This document shows, one piece after another, positions 12,301-19,321 of a stretch of DNA of 64,000 nucleotides. Each line of letters opens with the position of its first letter. Positions within the stretch are counted from its first letter, which is position 1. The stretch is from Candidatus Uhrbacteria bacterium (GTDB lineage Bacteria; Patescibacteriota; Patescibacteriia; UBA9934): assembly GCA_903827265.1 (NCBI GenBank), contig CAIKHN010000003.1, forward strand, positions 24,392 to 88,391, given 5' to 3'. The notes beneath the pieces are model-generated. The model worked only from the letters and a program-made list of their open reading frames with translations, searched no databases and had not been told where the DNA came from. Both the position numbers and the translations under genes were made by a program.

Positions 12301-12727
12301 CGCAGGATACGAGGTGTATACGATCGCCTTAACGAGTGATTCGACGTTAATCGATAACATGAATGCATGGTCGTCCAACACCGTGTGTGATGCATCGACG
12401 GGGTCATGCACAACTGGTGGGGCATATAACACAAATAATCTTATCGATTACTCGTACGATGGAACATCGACGGCGGCAGTTTCTGGCGCATACGATTCGA
12501 TTGTCGATTCCATCGTGAACGCAACTGCTGCGCTCATCTCGTCGTCTGGCGGCGTCGTAACAGTCGATTCTGGTTCAGTAAGCGATTCGCATAACATCAC
12601 GCTTCCGTGGCCAAGTAACTTCAGCTGTAATGGCGTTAGCGAGCAAGAGGTGCCAATTCAGATTACATTCCGCGGCGAAGGAGAGATTAACGTCAGTAAT
12701 GTGCATATTGATTACTGCGCGCCGTAA
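3314..12727 (+). CDS. Giant (3137 aa) cell-surface protein: VirB2/TrbC-like pilin anchor, Gly-rich linker, Ig/IPT-like domains, about 12 cysteine-rich DUF4215/Myxococcus-type repeats, C-terminal vWA domain
   Basis: The N-terminus WMTAAGRPDQVDKAKKILVNAVIGLIIILL is paralogous to the 1475 gene. Repeats of the form CGDGxxDxxEECDDGNxxxGDGCSSTC recur. The C-terminus has a MIDAS-like DRSGSMG plus ...LLSDGQPSD, typical of von Willebrand A. It is a single uninterrupted ORF. Confidence 0.8.
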   Translation: MKRRIAKLFATGCLSLLLGLGAFGVHPSAVFAADATTDALATVGDQTGLSTTDPKIIVGNMIRTGLGVLGIILVCVIVYGGFVWMTAAGRPDQVDKAKKILVNAVIGLIIILLSWSIASFIVSSLTNATGTGGGNGGGGSGGTGGYGLGGGSASAFTVTGFSPDGAVSIRNIVPRITFSKSVDSATVNGNVSIADASGTAVAGAFVATGNTVKFTPTATCPEPNADRFCFDESATFTITVSAGLLSSGGTQISCSTTAPCTATFTSGSVVDTKNPSATISYPDGTVPTASTTDFQVIATDDAGVSTGDFFVDDEWQDTVPGTGTVDETISTIIDTSSFVDGTRYTFKATVTDLAGNEDSDSVSVRAKPEWCYNGVADTDLGETGIDCGGDSSLTTYCGACDGSSCTESSECSSGSCVSGVCVSNPAITGISPEDGAVGTYVTISGTDFGSSTGTVFFTDAAGTGTVAAKVLTSCADGWSDTQVVVAVPSGAGDGPITLMNGNDVSDSTNDDAGELVPNFDVNDTVHPSLCSLSTSSGTSTSALTLSGANFGDSQGTSAVSFSATAAGSYTSWSGSAVKVTVPSAAAGDYDVGVTVGGETSNTLAFSLTKATTDASTITDVSPSEGGIGQYVTIAGTNFGSSVGTVTFTSASGDTATGSIDFPAACSSDYWDADQVIIIVPEKFDNGTALSTGLYTISITNQKGVTSSSADFTVTDASPTPGICRMTSSADVGDTVTISGDHFALATDTVTFYNGVKTLTATSWNNSAITVVVPEGSVTGPVTVTVAGVESNSANLSVGTTSTSSTSTVAAAYAWDFSTGTIARVPSVVSECSADTVSAVPNSRYSEQAEICVNAVVYAEFTTLMNEATVEDAITVEKCTASVSSTSDDPCATSETVSGTATAASGSSSTHVTWIPDTDFSSDTTYRVTISTGALSADSIAMAADATWKFTTSTTTDACVVDRVTVTPSEDSLAVDGETAGFSANAGTGCVVVDSSDYAWDWSVDSYSYVDFSSTADSKCVGDPTACATLEALAEGKTTVTATAINAEGSGSVSDGATLTVNFTDPYIASYAPNCTEACTNASVYATFNTAMTESDITAGDHVVLYECTNELCTNLTRVDANPSCTFDSSDTARCTGFAFNASTLSAGKYYRVVVSGDVASSSGVALIRTNYGSDYSWTFRVREDGTACAVERIDLSPTNPIVSAVGDATAFTAEAFGAADSCSTSGQKLAGADYNWGWTDPIPDSDQNTETTGYTAAWSTISGSLFDGGGSAIVEGCSALCTPIGSSPFQAICGDGVLDQDADGSGEECDDSNTTDHDGCSSTCLFEGSAACAIAGVGTNCCGNGSIDVAYASDVAESCDDGNVVNGDGCSSTCLAEGSASVGATCGNDDIAFDATTHAGELCDDGNNASGDGCSRQCLPEGSRSLASLGGALCGDGTITSPYETCDDGNTKNDDGCSSTCVREGLAACTSVVKNNCCGNATVDQNTITGAGEDCDPSAGTEGCTSTCTFEGSSVDYAMPSVCGDGVVGLGEYSACESSSATGDGNVDPIQVAYMSSDAVKEVNPTTKEAIATVTVSESTSGLYATSDFALTCAASSDQDCSDPETTGVGTSNCCVERPTLESSSPTGASVCRNAAINGVFSEEMNKGSFAFSETSGSTTTTTPYMYVKLNLASGQSCPSGYTTLAVAKTSLFGRVVGTIRTFFFGENAEAAAAAGAADSGDCILPTDSYTQTDMGDGTFKVSLNYSTALEADSSYTLVIVGDDDTSDAATEGVTSKLGAGMNGTQFATFTTGTDICTLDVVSVDDTNADSPNTFTTTNESHTFTATPMSYSGSTRQEITSIPDVYSWTWSGWKSSDTALFTATQGDATALDTAAVVAVGDNGDATIVATATVTDSTGTTAKTSTVDGAADVTALLCEDPWPVLSSFPWTDDGFGDSGAAVGTSGYMNFAVAYCKDYGTDNDLTDNLPDVKVVLAPSSPSSKVLKEYLFEIDPSSSTASIGDAGDVVGVRILSNADYLSPMAWYEAQGFTGSPTETTVDGFQAVTDDRSTYVAMANSTTTGLYSNIFVVSYNEGASDVTKEVYNQILKNLSFLTNVTDTPVCSVTASTSCSKDADCPAGEACLDDKAKIMRDTARLGDIKDIGIAVDAYSADNKTCSSTTSQSCDADSDCPGDETCEVTVPALSSGTSVRSLASSAWSSWQETLGGAVDGSALPTDPLNTYATCSGYDAATCVNQTSGSYSCPTGSFVYHYRSVGARDYEVATELEYTALSWVNDVDADGTDNVTFYTSSYCDGDVYGSSSTCGDGIIGTSNNGTSDDTTDDYTETCEIGQVHAEACTTTDGATGTANATCNSTCTGYDAVPSDAACTATSCGDGIVNGVEECDDGAKNGEYGYCGDSCTFASGSYCGDGVISGGEACDCGDSSTTATASSRPYAGSAGSCAGYNGAYDADQHATCAWDCTGPASYCGDTTVDSGESCDGNADAYTGKICADGVTKCTTDTDCGGATCGGLLNGECPSQGYLCNGGTNDGYVCYSPSWSIAANYVGDYFCETLGGGTCERNERSYQTYHTRTCDDGSSTSMCGWNAWEYCNANGQSCGNGVVDGDEECDDGNDVATDSCTTACTVNVCGDGYLYTGSEECDQGTSNGAACDSAYESTCTACSTTCHYTVSSGEFCGDGVINGTEYCDGSDVPYVWYNYYSSTNGQPVSLGSCTAAQAGDGYVDDMGGPYTYVDSSGATQSLTQIVCAQVGLCNGGTNNGGDCASDSQCTNGGDCVMPVCNASCSASCPTAESSVALLLTTNQPGAIGAADVDVYSYSSSSSSSLPNAATIMVPACTVAGNLVADVDFSNVTPPDVYVAFVTDRSGSMGTKDMTGGEQRLAVARDSITSAIKTLFDELGETVQIGLASFDSTLYTSTAFTTNERTLTDDVAAYTEIGGGTNTYLGLNEAKSLFDAKATGSNVAKIAILLSDGQPSDSSTSSVDGVSGATASAEALIAAGYEVYTIALTSDSTLIDNMNAWSSNTVCDASTGSCTTGGAYNTNNLIDYSYDGTSTAAVSGAYDSIVDSIVNATAALISSSGGVVTVDSGSVSDSHNITLPWPSNFSCNGVSEQEVPIQITFRGEGEINVSNVHIDYCAP

Positions 12728-12729
12728 CT

Positions 12730-13554
12730 ATGCCAATCGATCCAAACAACCAGAACTACTTCTCCCTCGATGAACAGGCACCTGTTGCTGTTTCGTGGTG
12801 GAAAGAGCGACGATATCAAAAACAGATGCTTGTTGTTGCTGGAATTGTGGTCGGCGTCGGCTTGGTGGGGTATTACGGCTATCAAATGTACAGCTTAACG
12901 CATGTCGATAGCGCAAAAGTAGAGCAGGCGAACACGATGCTTACGAATGCTGCGGCGTCGTGCGCAACGGAATCAGATCCAAAGGCTTGCGAAGATCGTG
13001 CACGAGCTGATGCGGCTCGAACAACGGCGCAACCATCGGTATGTAAAGGGCTTTCCGACACGGCGCTTGCAGATTGCGTTTCATTGATTGCGCATGACAC
13101 CGCCGACGCCAATGCGTGCGATTCGCTTTCTGGTGCTGACGAAACCGCGTGTCGCGATGGCGCAACACTTGCTGCAGCAAATGCGGCGAAGAATTACGGA
13201 TTATGTGCAGCTATTGTTGATACCGATACGAAAGCTGCGTGTCAGAGTCAGTTGCTGAACGCCGTTATCGATGCGGGGCAATGCAGTACGTATAGCATTC
13301 CGCAGGACGTTTGCGACTACCCAAAAACACTCGCCGCAATTATCGCCGCAGGGAATCCTCAAGGGTGCTTGCAGCTCTCGGCCGATCGTCAGGACGGATG
13401 TAGCGACATGTTTTCATCCCTTGATCAGGATCACGATGGCCTCTCGCTTCTTGCGGAGTACAAACTTGGAACATCAGACGTGAAAGCAGATACTGACGGA
13501 GACGGGTATACTGATGGACAGGAGGTTTCCTCGGGACATGATCCGTTAAAATGA
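12730..13554 (+). CDS. Membrane protein with Cys-periodic extracytoplasmic domain and C-terminal TSP3-like Ca-binding repeat
   Basis: 274 aa with a single TM (VVAGIVVGVGLVGYYGY). Cys occurs every 19-20 residues (xxAC pattern). The C-terminus is DQDHDGLS...ADTDGDGYTDGQE, a DxDxDG thrombospondin-type-3-like motif. Confidence 0.6.
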   Translation: MPIDPNNQNYFSLDEQAPVAVSWWKERRYQKQMLVVAGIVVGVGLVGYYGYQMYSLTHVDSAKVEQANTMLTNAAASCATESDPKACEDRARADAARTTAQPSVCKGLSDTALADCVSLIAHDTADANACDSLSGADETACRDGATLAAANAAKNYGLCAAIVDTDTKAACQSQLLNAVIDAGQCSTYSIPQDVCDYPKTLAAIIAAGNPQGCLQLSADRQDGCSDMFSSLDQDHDGLSLLAEYKLGTSDVKADTDGDGYTDGQEVSSGHDPLK

Positions 13555-13561
13555 TATGAGA

Positions 13562-13688
13562 ACGTGGCTAATTTATTTTAGGCCAGTTTCGCCGAAGGAG
13601 GAGAAAAGCTTCCGAGGCGTACTTCATTGGTACGGTGAGGAAGTTTTCGACGAGTGAGGTGAAAATGGACAAAATAAATTAGCCACGT
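13562..13688. repeat. 18-bp perfect inverted repeat (acgtggctaatttatttt / aaaataaattagccacgt) flanking 91 bp, ending at the start codon of the 13689 gene
   Basis: Arms at 13562-13579 and 13671-13688. The ATG follows the right arm immediately. Confidence 0.7.
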
Positions 13689-14366
13689 ATGTTTGATGAA
13701 GAACCGAAAGACATGTTCGAGGGAGTCGATCCTGCCGCTGCGGCCCCAGCCCCAGCACCTGTCGCTGCGCCAGCCGAAGCACAAGCTCCGCAAGCACCAG
13801 CACCAATCGCACCTCCACCAACACGTTTGCCGCCATCATATGGCGCTGCGCCAACTCCTGTGCCGATGCCAATGGAGAGCCGTGGTGGTGGGATGAAGAT
13901 CGTGCTTATCGTTGTTGGAATTTTGGTGATTTTCGGTGTTTCGGGATTTTTTGCGTATCGTATTATGGTTCAGCCGGCATCGGATAGCGGTGTTGTAGAT
14001 GCTGTTCCAAGTACCGGCGTCACAAACACAAAACCAACAACGACGACGCCAGCAACAACTCCTGATTCGACCGCAACAGAAACGCCGTCAACACAAGCTC
14101 CAGTACAAACCACAAATCCTGCGTCGCTTCTTGATAGTGATGGCGACGGCCTCACCAACGCTCGTGAACTTGAGGTTGGAACGTCGGTGACGAAGGCTGA
14201 TACGGACGGTGACGGACTTGGCGACCGTGAAGAAGTTGAGGTGTACGGAACAGATCCACGCAAGCCGGATACTGATGGTGATGGATATTTGGACGGACAG
14301 GAAGTGTCGGGTGGTTATAATCCAAACGGTTCCGGAAAACTCTTTACCGTGCCACAAGGAAGCTAA
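13689..14366 (+). CDS. Pro/Ala-rich single-pass membrane protein with three TSP3-like Ca-binding repeats
   Basis: 225 aa. TM KIVLIVVGILVIFGVSGFFAY, a Thr-rich linker, then DSDGDGLTN...ADTDGDGLGD...PDTDGDGYLDGQE. Confidence 0.6.
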   Translation: MFDEEPKDMFEGVDPAAAAPAPAPVAAPAEAQAPQAPAPIAPPPTRLPPSYGAAPTPVPMPMESRGGGMKIVLIVVGILVIFGVSGFFAYRIMVQPASDSGVVDAVPSTGVTNTKPTTTTPATTPDSTATETPSTQAPVQTTNPASLLDSDGDGLTNARELEVGTSVTKADTDGDGLGDREEVEVYGTDPRKPDTDGDGYLDGQEVSGGYNPNGSGKLFTVPQGS

Positions 14367-14369
14367 ACT

Positions 14370-15344
14370 ATGGGTTTTTTTGGAGGAAAGAAATCAATGC
14401 CGGATGTGTCCTCCGAAGCTGGTATTCCAGTGAAGGAGGAAGACTTGGGCGTGGTAATCCACGTCATGCCGAAGGATTTCTTGGGAAAAGAAGCAAAACT
14501 TCGCGTTGAGCCAGTGCCTGTGTCGGCACCAGTATCGGCGCCGGCCGTACAGTCAGCTGCCGTTCCTCCAAAACCCGTTCCTGCCCCTCTTCCTCCAAAG
14601 CGTCACGTTTCTCCCGCGCTTTTGGTATTGTTCGCGCTCGTTGTTCTTCTTGGTGGTGGTGCCGTTGCGTACGTTATGCTCACGCAGTCGAAGCCGCAGA
14701 CTGTTGTAACGCCGGTGGTTACTACATCCACGTTGCCAACAACAACGCCAGTGAAAACCCCAGTTGTTGAAACCCCGACAGCGCCGGTGCAGTCAAAGGA
14801 CAGCGATAGTGATGGCTTAACCGATATTGAAGAGCGAATGTACGGAACAGATTATCGAAATCCTGATTCAGATGGCGATACGTTCCTTGATGGAAACGAG
14901 GTGTTTCATCGGTACGATCCAAATGGTCTCTCGCCATCGACGTTGCTCGATACAGGAGCGGTGAAGATGTTCACTGATGCGACGCTGCCATTCACTGTGT
15001 ATTACCCAACGAGCTGGAAATCGTCGGTAGATACCGCAAAAGGCACTGTCACATTCAAAACGCCGGCACTTGCAGCTGTTGCAGTGACCTGGGGAGCAAA
15101 AGAAAAGGATTTAACCGTAGAGGATTGGGTACTGAAAAACGTAAAAGATATTGATATTACGACATTAAAATCGTCGTATACGAAAGAAGGGTACTACACG
15201 TTGCGGAGTAAAGATGACCTTGTTGCGTATCTTGATTTAGGCACAATGGCGTATATCATGACGTACAGCTTGAATGGATCAACGGAAATTTCGTACATTC
15301 AGACGTTCGCCATGATGGTAAATAGCTTTCACGTTTCTCCATGA
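14370..15344 (+). CDS. Single-pass membrane protein with TSP3-like repeats and C-terminal globular domain
   Basis: 324 aa. Pro-rich, TM ALLVLFALVVLLGGGAVAYVML, Thr-rich linker, then DSDSDGLTDIEE...PDSDGDTFLDGNE. It is the third member of the same family. Confidence 0.6.
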   Translation: MGFFGGKKSMPDVSSEAGIPVKEEDLGVVIHVMPKDFLGKEAKLRVEPVPVSAPVSAPAVQSAAVPPKPVPAPLPPKRHVSPALLVLFALVVLLGGGAVAYVMLTQSKPQTVVTPVVTTSTLPTTTPVKTPVVETPTAPVQSKDSDSDGLTDIEERMYGTDYRNPDSDGDTFLDGNEVFHRYDPNGLSPSTLLDTGAVKMFTDATLPFTVYYPTSWKSSVDTAKGTVTFKTPALAAVAVTWGAKEKDLTVEDWVLKNVKDIDITTLKSSYTKEGYYTLRSKDDLVAYLDLGTMAYIMTYSLNGSTEISYIQTFAMMVNSFHVSP

Positions 15345-15763
15345 TTACCCTTGATATTGTTGACGACATTGTTCCGGAGTCATCCCGTTTGCCCGAAGGA
15401 ACGTACCATCGGATTGTTGAGGTTTTTGCAGATCGATTGCCAAATATTCAAGGAACAATTGGCGTTTCGTACGTGGATGACGCCGAAATTCGAAGGTTGA
15501 ATCGCGTCTATCGTCAGAAAGATGCTGTCACCGATGTTCTTTCGTTTGCATCAGATTTCGCCGATCACACTGGCGCGCTCGGTGACGTCGTCATTTCATT
15601 CGATCAAGCAGTCCGGCAAGCAGAAGAAGGCGATATTGAGCTTGAGCTGGTCGACCTCATTATTCACGGCATTCTTCATGTACTTGGTCATGATCACGAG
15701 AAGCCCGAGGATGCGGCAGTCATGTTCCCGTTACAAGATTCCCTTGTTGGCGCAACACTATGA
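15341..15763 (+). CDS. ybeY: rRNA maturation endoribonuclease YbeY
   Basis: 140 aa. It has the HGILHVLGHDHE zinc-binding H3 motif. Its start overlaps the upstream stop (ATGA). Confidence 0.85.
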   Translation: MITLDIVDDIVPESSRLPEGTYHRIVEVFADRLPNIQGTIGVSYVDDAEIRRLNRVYRQKDAVTDVLSFASDFADHTGALGDVVISFDQAVRQAEEGDIELELVDLIIHGILHVLGHDHEKPEDAAVMFPLQDSLVGATL

Positions 15764-16149
15764 TTTCCTTTTCGCGGTTTTGGAAAAGCTTTACGCACGC
15801 TGTTTCCGGGATTGTTCGTATCGCCGAGGAAGAACAGAGCTTTCGCTTGCAAATGCTCGCCGCCGCAGTCGTATTCGGATTGATGATTGTTATGCCGACG
15901 TTACAGATTTGGGAGCGAGTAACATTGACACTGATGGTTGGCGCGGTGTTGGTTTTAGAAATTATCAACAGTATTTTTGAGCGTTTAGCCGACGCAGTAG
16001 AGCCTCGAGTGAGCCCGATGGTGAAAGAAATCAAGGACATGATGGCCGGCGCTGTGCTTTTGACTGCAATCGCATCAGTGCTTGTTGGTTACCTTATTTT
16101 CTGGCCACACATGGAGCCGACCCTCTCCGCGCTCTGGAAAGCTTGGTAG
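15760..16149 (+). CDS. dgkA: Diacylglycerol kinase family protein
   Basis: 129 aa, three TM segments, EIINSIFERLADAVE motif typical of prokaryotic DgkA. Its start overlaps the ybeY stop. Confidence 0.75.
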   Translation: MISFSRFWKSFTHAVSGIVRIAEEEQSFRLQMLAAAVVFGLMIVMPTLQIWERVTLTLMVGAVLVLEIINSIFERLADAVEPRVSPMVKEIKDMMAGAVLLTAIASVLVGYLIFWPHMEPTLSALWKAW

Positions 16150-16296
16150 AACTTCCTCCTTCGGCCCATTTTCGACTCAGATCATCGGAAACTCACTCGA
16201 CGTACACATGAAGTACGCCTCGCGAGCTTTCCTTGACCTTCATCGAAACTGGTCGCGAATGAGAAAGTTCTACTATGTTATAATTCTGTTCGAGTT

Positions 16297-17556
16297 ATGG
16301 CGGACGAAATTCTCACTGGCCTTGATATTGGATCGTCGACGATTCGCGTCGCGGTCCTCCAAATGATGCCTGGCGAAGACGGAAAACCCCGTCTTCATGT
16401 GATTGGCGCTGTTTCATCGCCATCGTTTGGCGTGCATCGCGGTGCAATTTCAAGCCTCGAGGATGCGGTTTCGTCAGTTTCAAAGGCGCTCGAGAAAGCA
16501 GAGCGCATGACAGGCGTTGCAATTAACAGTGCTTGGGTTGGTATTGCTGGCCAGAGCATTTTGGTTCAGGAGAGCAGGGGAGTGATTGGTGTATCGCGAA
16601 CCGATGCGGAGATGCGAGAAGAAGACGTCGAGCGCGCTATGGAAGCGGCTCGCAGTGTTGCAACACCAACAAACTACGACATTCTTCATGTTATCCCAAA
16701 GAGCTTTACCGTCGACGGTCAGCGCGGCGTGAAAGATCCGGTGGGAATGAACGGTATTCGACTTGAGGTTGATGCGCTTATCATCGAGGCGCTTGCGTCG
16801 CATATCAAAAACCTCACCAAGAGCGTGTATCGCACCGGTCTTGATATCGATGATTTGGTGTATACGCCACTTGCAACTGCGGAGGCTGTGCTCACACAGC
16901 GGCAGAAAGAACTTGGTGTGTGCGTTTTGAACGTTGGAGCGTCGTCGACCACCCTCGCGGTTTTCGAAGAAGGTGATCTGCTTCATACTGCCGTGCTTCC
17001 ATTCGGCGGCGATCATATTACGAACGACATCGCTATCGGATTGCGAACTTCTATTGAGGTCGCGGAGAAAGTAAAACTTCAATACGGACAAGCGTTGCCA
17101 GATCGAGTCGATCGTAAGGCGCAATTCGCGTTGGCCGACTTCGGAATCGAGGGCGAGGAAATGGTAAAACAGCGATTCATCGCCGAGATTATCGAAGCTC
17201 GTTTGGAAGAGATTTTCGAGGCGGCCGATAACGAACTTCGGAAGATTGATCGCTCTGGCATGCTTCCAGTCGGCGCGGTGCTTACTGGCGGATCGGTAAA
17301 ACTCGAAGGCGTTGTCGAGGTTGCGAAACGTATTCTGCGTTTACCATGTTCTCTTGGAATTCCAACAAGTGTCTCTAGCGTTATCGATGAAGTTCACGAT
17401 CCTGCATTTGCGACCGCGATTGGCTTGGCTGTTTGGGGGAACGCGATTCGTGGCGTAGGAAAAGGGAAATTCTCCCTCGGCTCGCTTTTGAAGTTTAAAT
17501 CCGTGGACAAGGTCGCCGACCAGCTCCGAAAGTGGATGAAGTCATTGGTGCCATAA
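16297..17556 (+). CDS. ftsA: Cell division protein FtsA
   Basis: 419 aa. Actin-like ATPase with the GLDIGSSTIRVAV phosphate-1 motif and typical FtsA length and organisation. Confidence 0.85.
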   Translation: MADEILTGLDIGSSTIRVAVLQMMPGEDGKPRLHVIGAVSSPSFGVHRGAISSLEDAVSSVSKALEKAERMTGVAINSAWVGIAGQSILVQESRGVIGVSRTDAEMREEDVERAMEAARSVATPTNYDILHVIPKSFTVDGQRGVKDPVGMNGIRLEVDALIIEALASHIKNLTKSVYRTGLDIDDLVYTPLATAEAVLTQRQKELGVCVLNVGASSTTLAVFEEGDLLHTAVLPFGGDHITNDIAIGLRTSIEVAEKVKLQYGQALPDRVDRKAQFALADFGIEGEEMVKQRFIAEIIEARLEEIFEAADNELRKIDRSGMLPVGAVLTGGSVKLEGVVEVAKRILRLPCSLGIPTSVSSVIDEVHDPAFATAIGLAVWGNAIRGVGKGKFSLGSLLKFKSVDKVADQLRKWMKSLVP

Positions 17557-17621
17557 ACGTTCGGTAAAAGGTTGATCTTCGCCACGATTTGTGGTGTAAT
17601 TTTTGCGCTCACGGAGTGTTC

Positions 17622-18266
17622 ATGGTCCTCATCTTCGGTCGTTCCTCGTGGATCGGTCTCTTGTTGTCCCTTTTGATCTTTCCGGTCGGCATCTTCTGCG
17701 CCGTGAATCTGGGAACGAAGGATATCCCGTCCTGGCTTCAGAACATCGCGCATCCGGTCGTGGTCGGCGTCATCATGATCTACGGAATCATCACGGGCAC
17801 TTGGGCTGCGGAATACGGAGATATCCGTCGGAAGGAAAAGCTCGAGAGCCGGAACGAGAAAGAAATTCAGTCGTGGCGGGAATGGTGCGAGAACGCCTTT
17901 CCTGAAAATCAGAAGACGGTGGTCGAGGTCGTTGGGCATTTTGTGGAATATAAGGACGCTGATCGTCGAAACTTCCTTTTCTTCGATTGGCTGCGTTATC
18001 GTGCAATGTCGTATTCGGAAAACGGCACGGCAAAGGATAAAAAGTCCCGCCTGGCGTGCATTCACCGAATCATCTGGCTCGCCGAAAGAACCGGACACTG
18101 GCGTTTGATTGCCGATGAGGCAGTCTGGGCGCTGGTGAGTCCTGTGCTCAAGGGCGAGCTCCGCCGTCTGAACAAGACGTGCGCCTCCGACCAGGATTAC
18201 ATGCGACTCATGGAGTGGTTCGCGCACAACGGACCGCCGCCCCAGAAGCAGTCTGCGGCCGTCTAG
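17622..18266 (+). CDS. Hypothetical membrane protein (inserted between ftsA and ftsZ)
   Basis: The ORF track starts it at 17589. I prefer ATG 17622, which is preceded by a GGAG SD and a TTGATC-17-TGTAAT promoter-like site at 17563-17591. It has two N-terminal TMs. Codons are GC3-rich, unlike its neighbours. Confidence 0.5.
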   Translation: MVLIFGRSSWIGLLLSLLIFPVGIFCAVNLGTKDIPSWLQNIAHPVVVGVIMIYGIITGTWAAEYGDIRRKEKLESRNEKEIQSWREWCENAFPENQKTVVEVVGHFVEYKDADRRNFLFFDWLRYRAMSYSENGTAKDKKSRLACIHRIIWLAERTGHWRLIADEAVWALVSPVLKGELRRLNKTCASDQDYMRLMEWFAHNGPPPQKQSAAV

Positions 18267-18286
18267 CCGAGAAAATCCACCGTCAG

Positions 18287-18334
18287 AACGCTGCCCCGCG
18301 GCTCGAAAGAGCTTGCGGGGTGTGTCTTTTTCTG
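18287..18334 (+). terminator. Rho-independent terminator (copy A of a repeated terminator element)
   Basis: Hairpin ccccgcggctc-gaaa-gagcttgcgggg followed by tgtgtctttttctg. Confidence 0.6.
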
Positions 18335-18366
18335 ATGGAATTGCGTCCGCCAACCCAGAGGTACTC

Positions 18367-19080
18367 ATGCGATTCTGTCGCCGTCTCCACTCCTTCATCG
18401 TCCACCCCTCGACTCTCGTCGTTCTCGCGGTCGTCTACGGAGGGATGATCGCGTCGGAAAGCAAGAGCTTTCGTGACCTCACGATCGTCTTCTGTCGGCT
18501 CTTTCGGCCCGATATACTCGACATCGTGTTGCGGGGAGGTCTGTACTTCTTCGCATACGTGTTCCTCACGCAAATTCTGCAGAGCATGACGGACGCCATC
18601 AAGGCGTCTTCTCCAAGGGCGACGGCTCCGGCGTACGCAACGGAGTCTCTCGATGAAGGGTCCTACTGGGATTGGGTGAACGAGCGTCTTGAGCCGTGGC
18701 GTAGCTTCCTCATCCGGTATGGTTCACTCAATCTGTTCCCCGAGGTCTCGAAGCGATTTGGTGAAGAGCTGGATTCGAGCTCGACGCTGCTGACTGCGGC
18801 GAAGCATCAGGATCTCTGGATGATGGAATGGCTCGTCCAGAAGGCGATGACGTTTAGTTCTGACGGATCCGGCGACTTCGAGAACACGAAGGTCTTCGCC
18901 TTCGTGAGTGAGGCGCTGAACATTGCCGACGAGCAGGACGCCTGGCGACAGCTGATGGAAATTCCCAACGCAAAGCCGGTCATCGCTCCAGTGTTCGGTG
19001 CCCTGGTCAAGGATCTTGTCATCGACCGAGGTCCCGGAAGCCAGGCGTACCAGGACTTTGTCGCTTGGCTCGAGTCCTGA
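18367..19080 (+). CDS. Hypothetical protein (inserted between ftsA and ftsZ)
   Basis: The ORF track starts it at 18313, which overlaps the upstream terminator hairpin. ATG 18367 with an AGAGG SD is preferred. No recognisable domain. Codons are GC3-rich. Confidence 0.45.
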   Translation: MRFCRRLHSFIVHPSTLVVLAVVYGGMIASESKSFRDLTIVFCRLFRPDILDIVLRGGLYFFAYVFLTQILQSMTDAIKASSPRATAPAYATESLDEGSYWDWVNERLEPWRSFLIRYGSLNLFPEVSKRFGEELDSSSTLLTAAKHQDLWMMEWLVQKAMTFSSDGSGDFENTKVFAFVSEALNIADEQDAWRQLMEIPNAKPVIAPVFGALVKDLVIDRGPGSQAYQDFVAWLES

Positions 19081-19089
19081 ATTCACGTC

Positions 19090-19138
19090 AACCGCTGCCC
19101 CGCGGGTCCAAAAGGATCCGTGGGGCGTGTCTTTTTCT
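19090..19138 (+). terminator. Rho-independent terminator (copy B, compensatory stem changes relative to copy A)
   Basis: Hairpin ccccgcgggtcc-aaaa-ggatccgtgggg followed by cgtgtctttttctg. The flanks cgctgcccc and gtgtctttttctgat are shared with copy A. Confidence 0.6.
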
Positions 19139-19321
19139 GATACTTCTCCCCATTTCATGCACAGTGCTAATTGACCATAAAACACGCTATACTATACGGT
19201 GATCACATCCGGTGTTCGAGGAGAATTTTGATGAACACTATTTTATTAGCGCTTTTCCATTTGAGGTTAGTTTCGATGATCTGAATCGAAAATAGGCCAA
19301 AGGGGAATGTGCTATGCAGCT

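Noticed and set aside
3137-12432. Numerous 60-170-aa ORFs on both strands inside the 3314-12727 giant gene
   Set aside because: They are nested in or antisense to a single uninterrupted 3137-aa ORF with consistent domain architecture.
16480-17124. 214-aa minus-strand ORF
   Set aside because: Antisense to ftsA.
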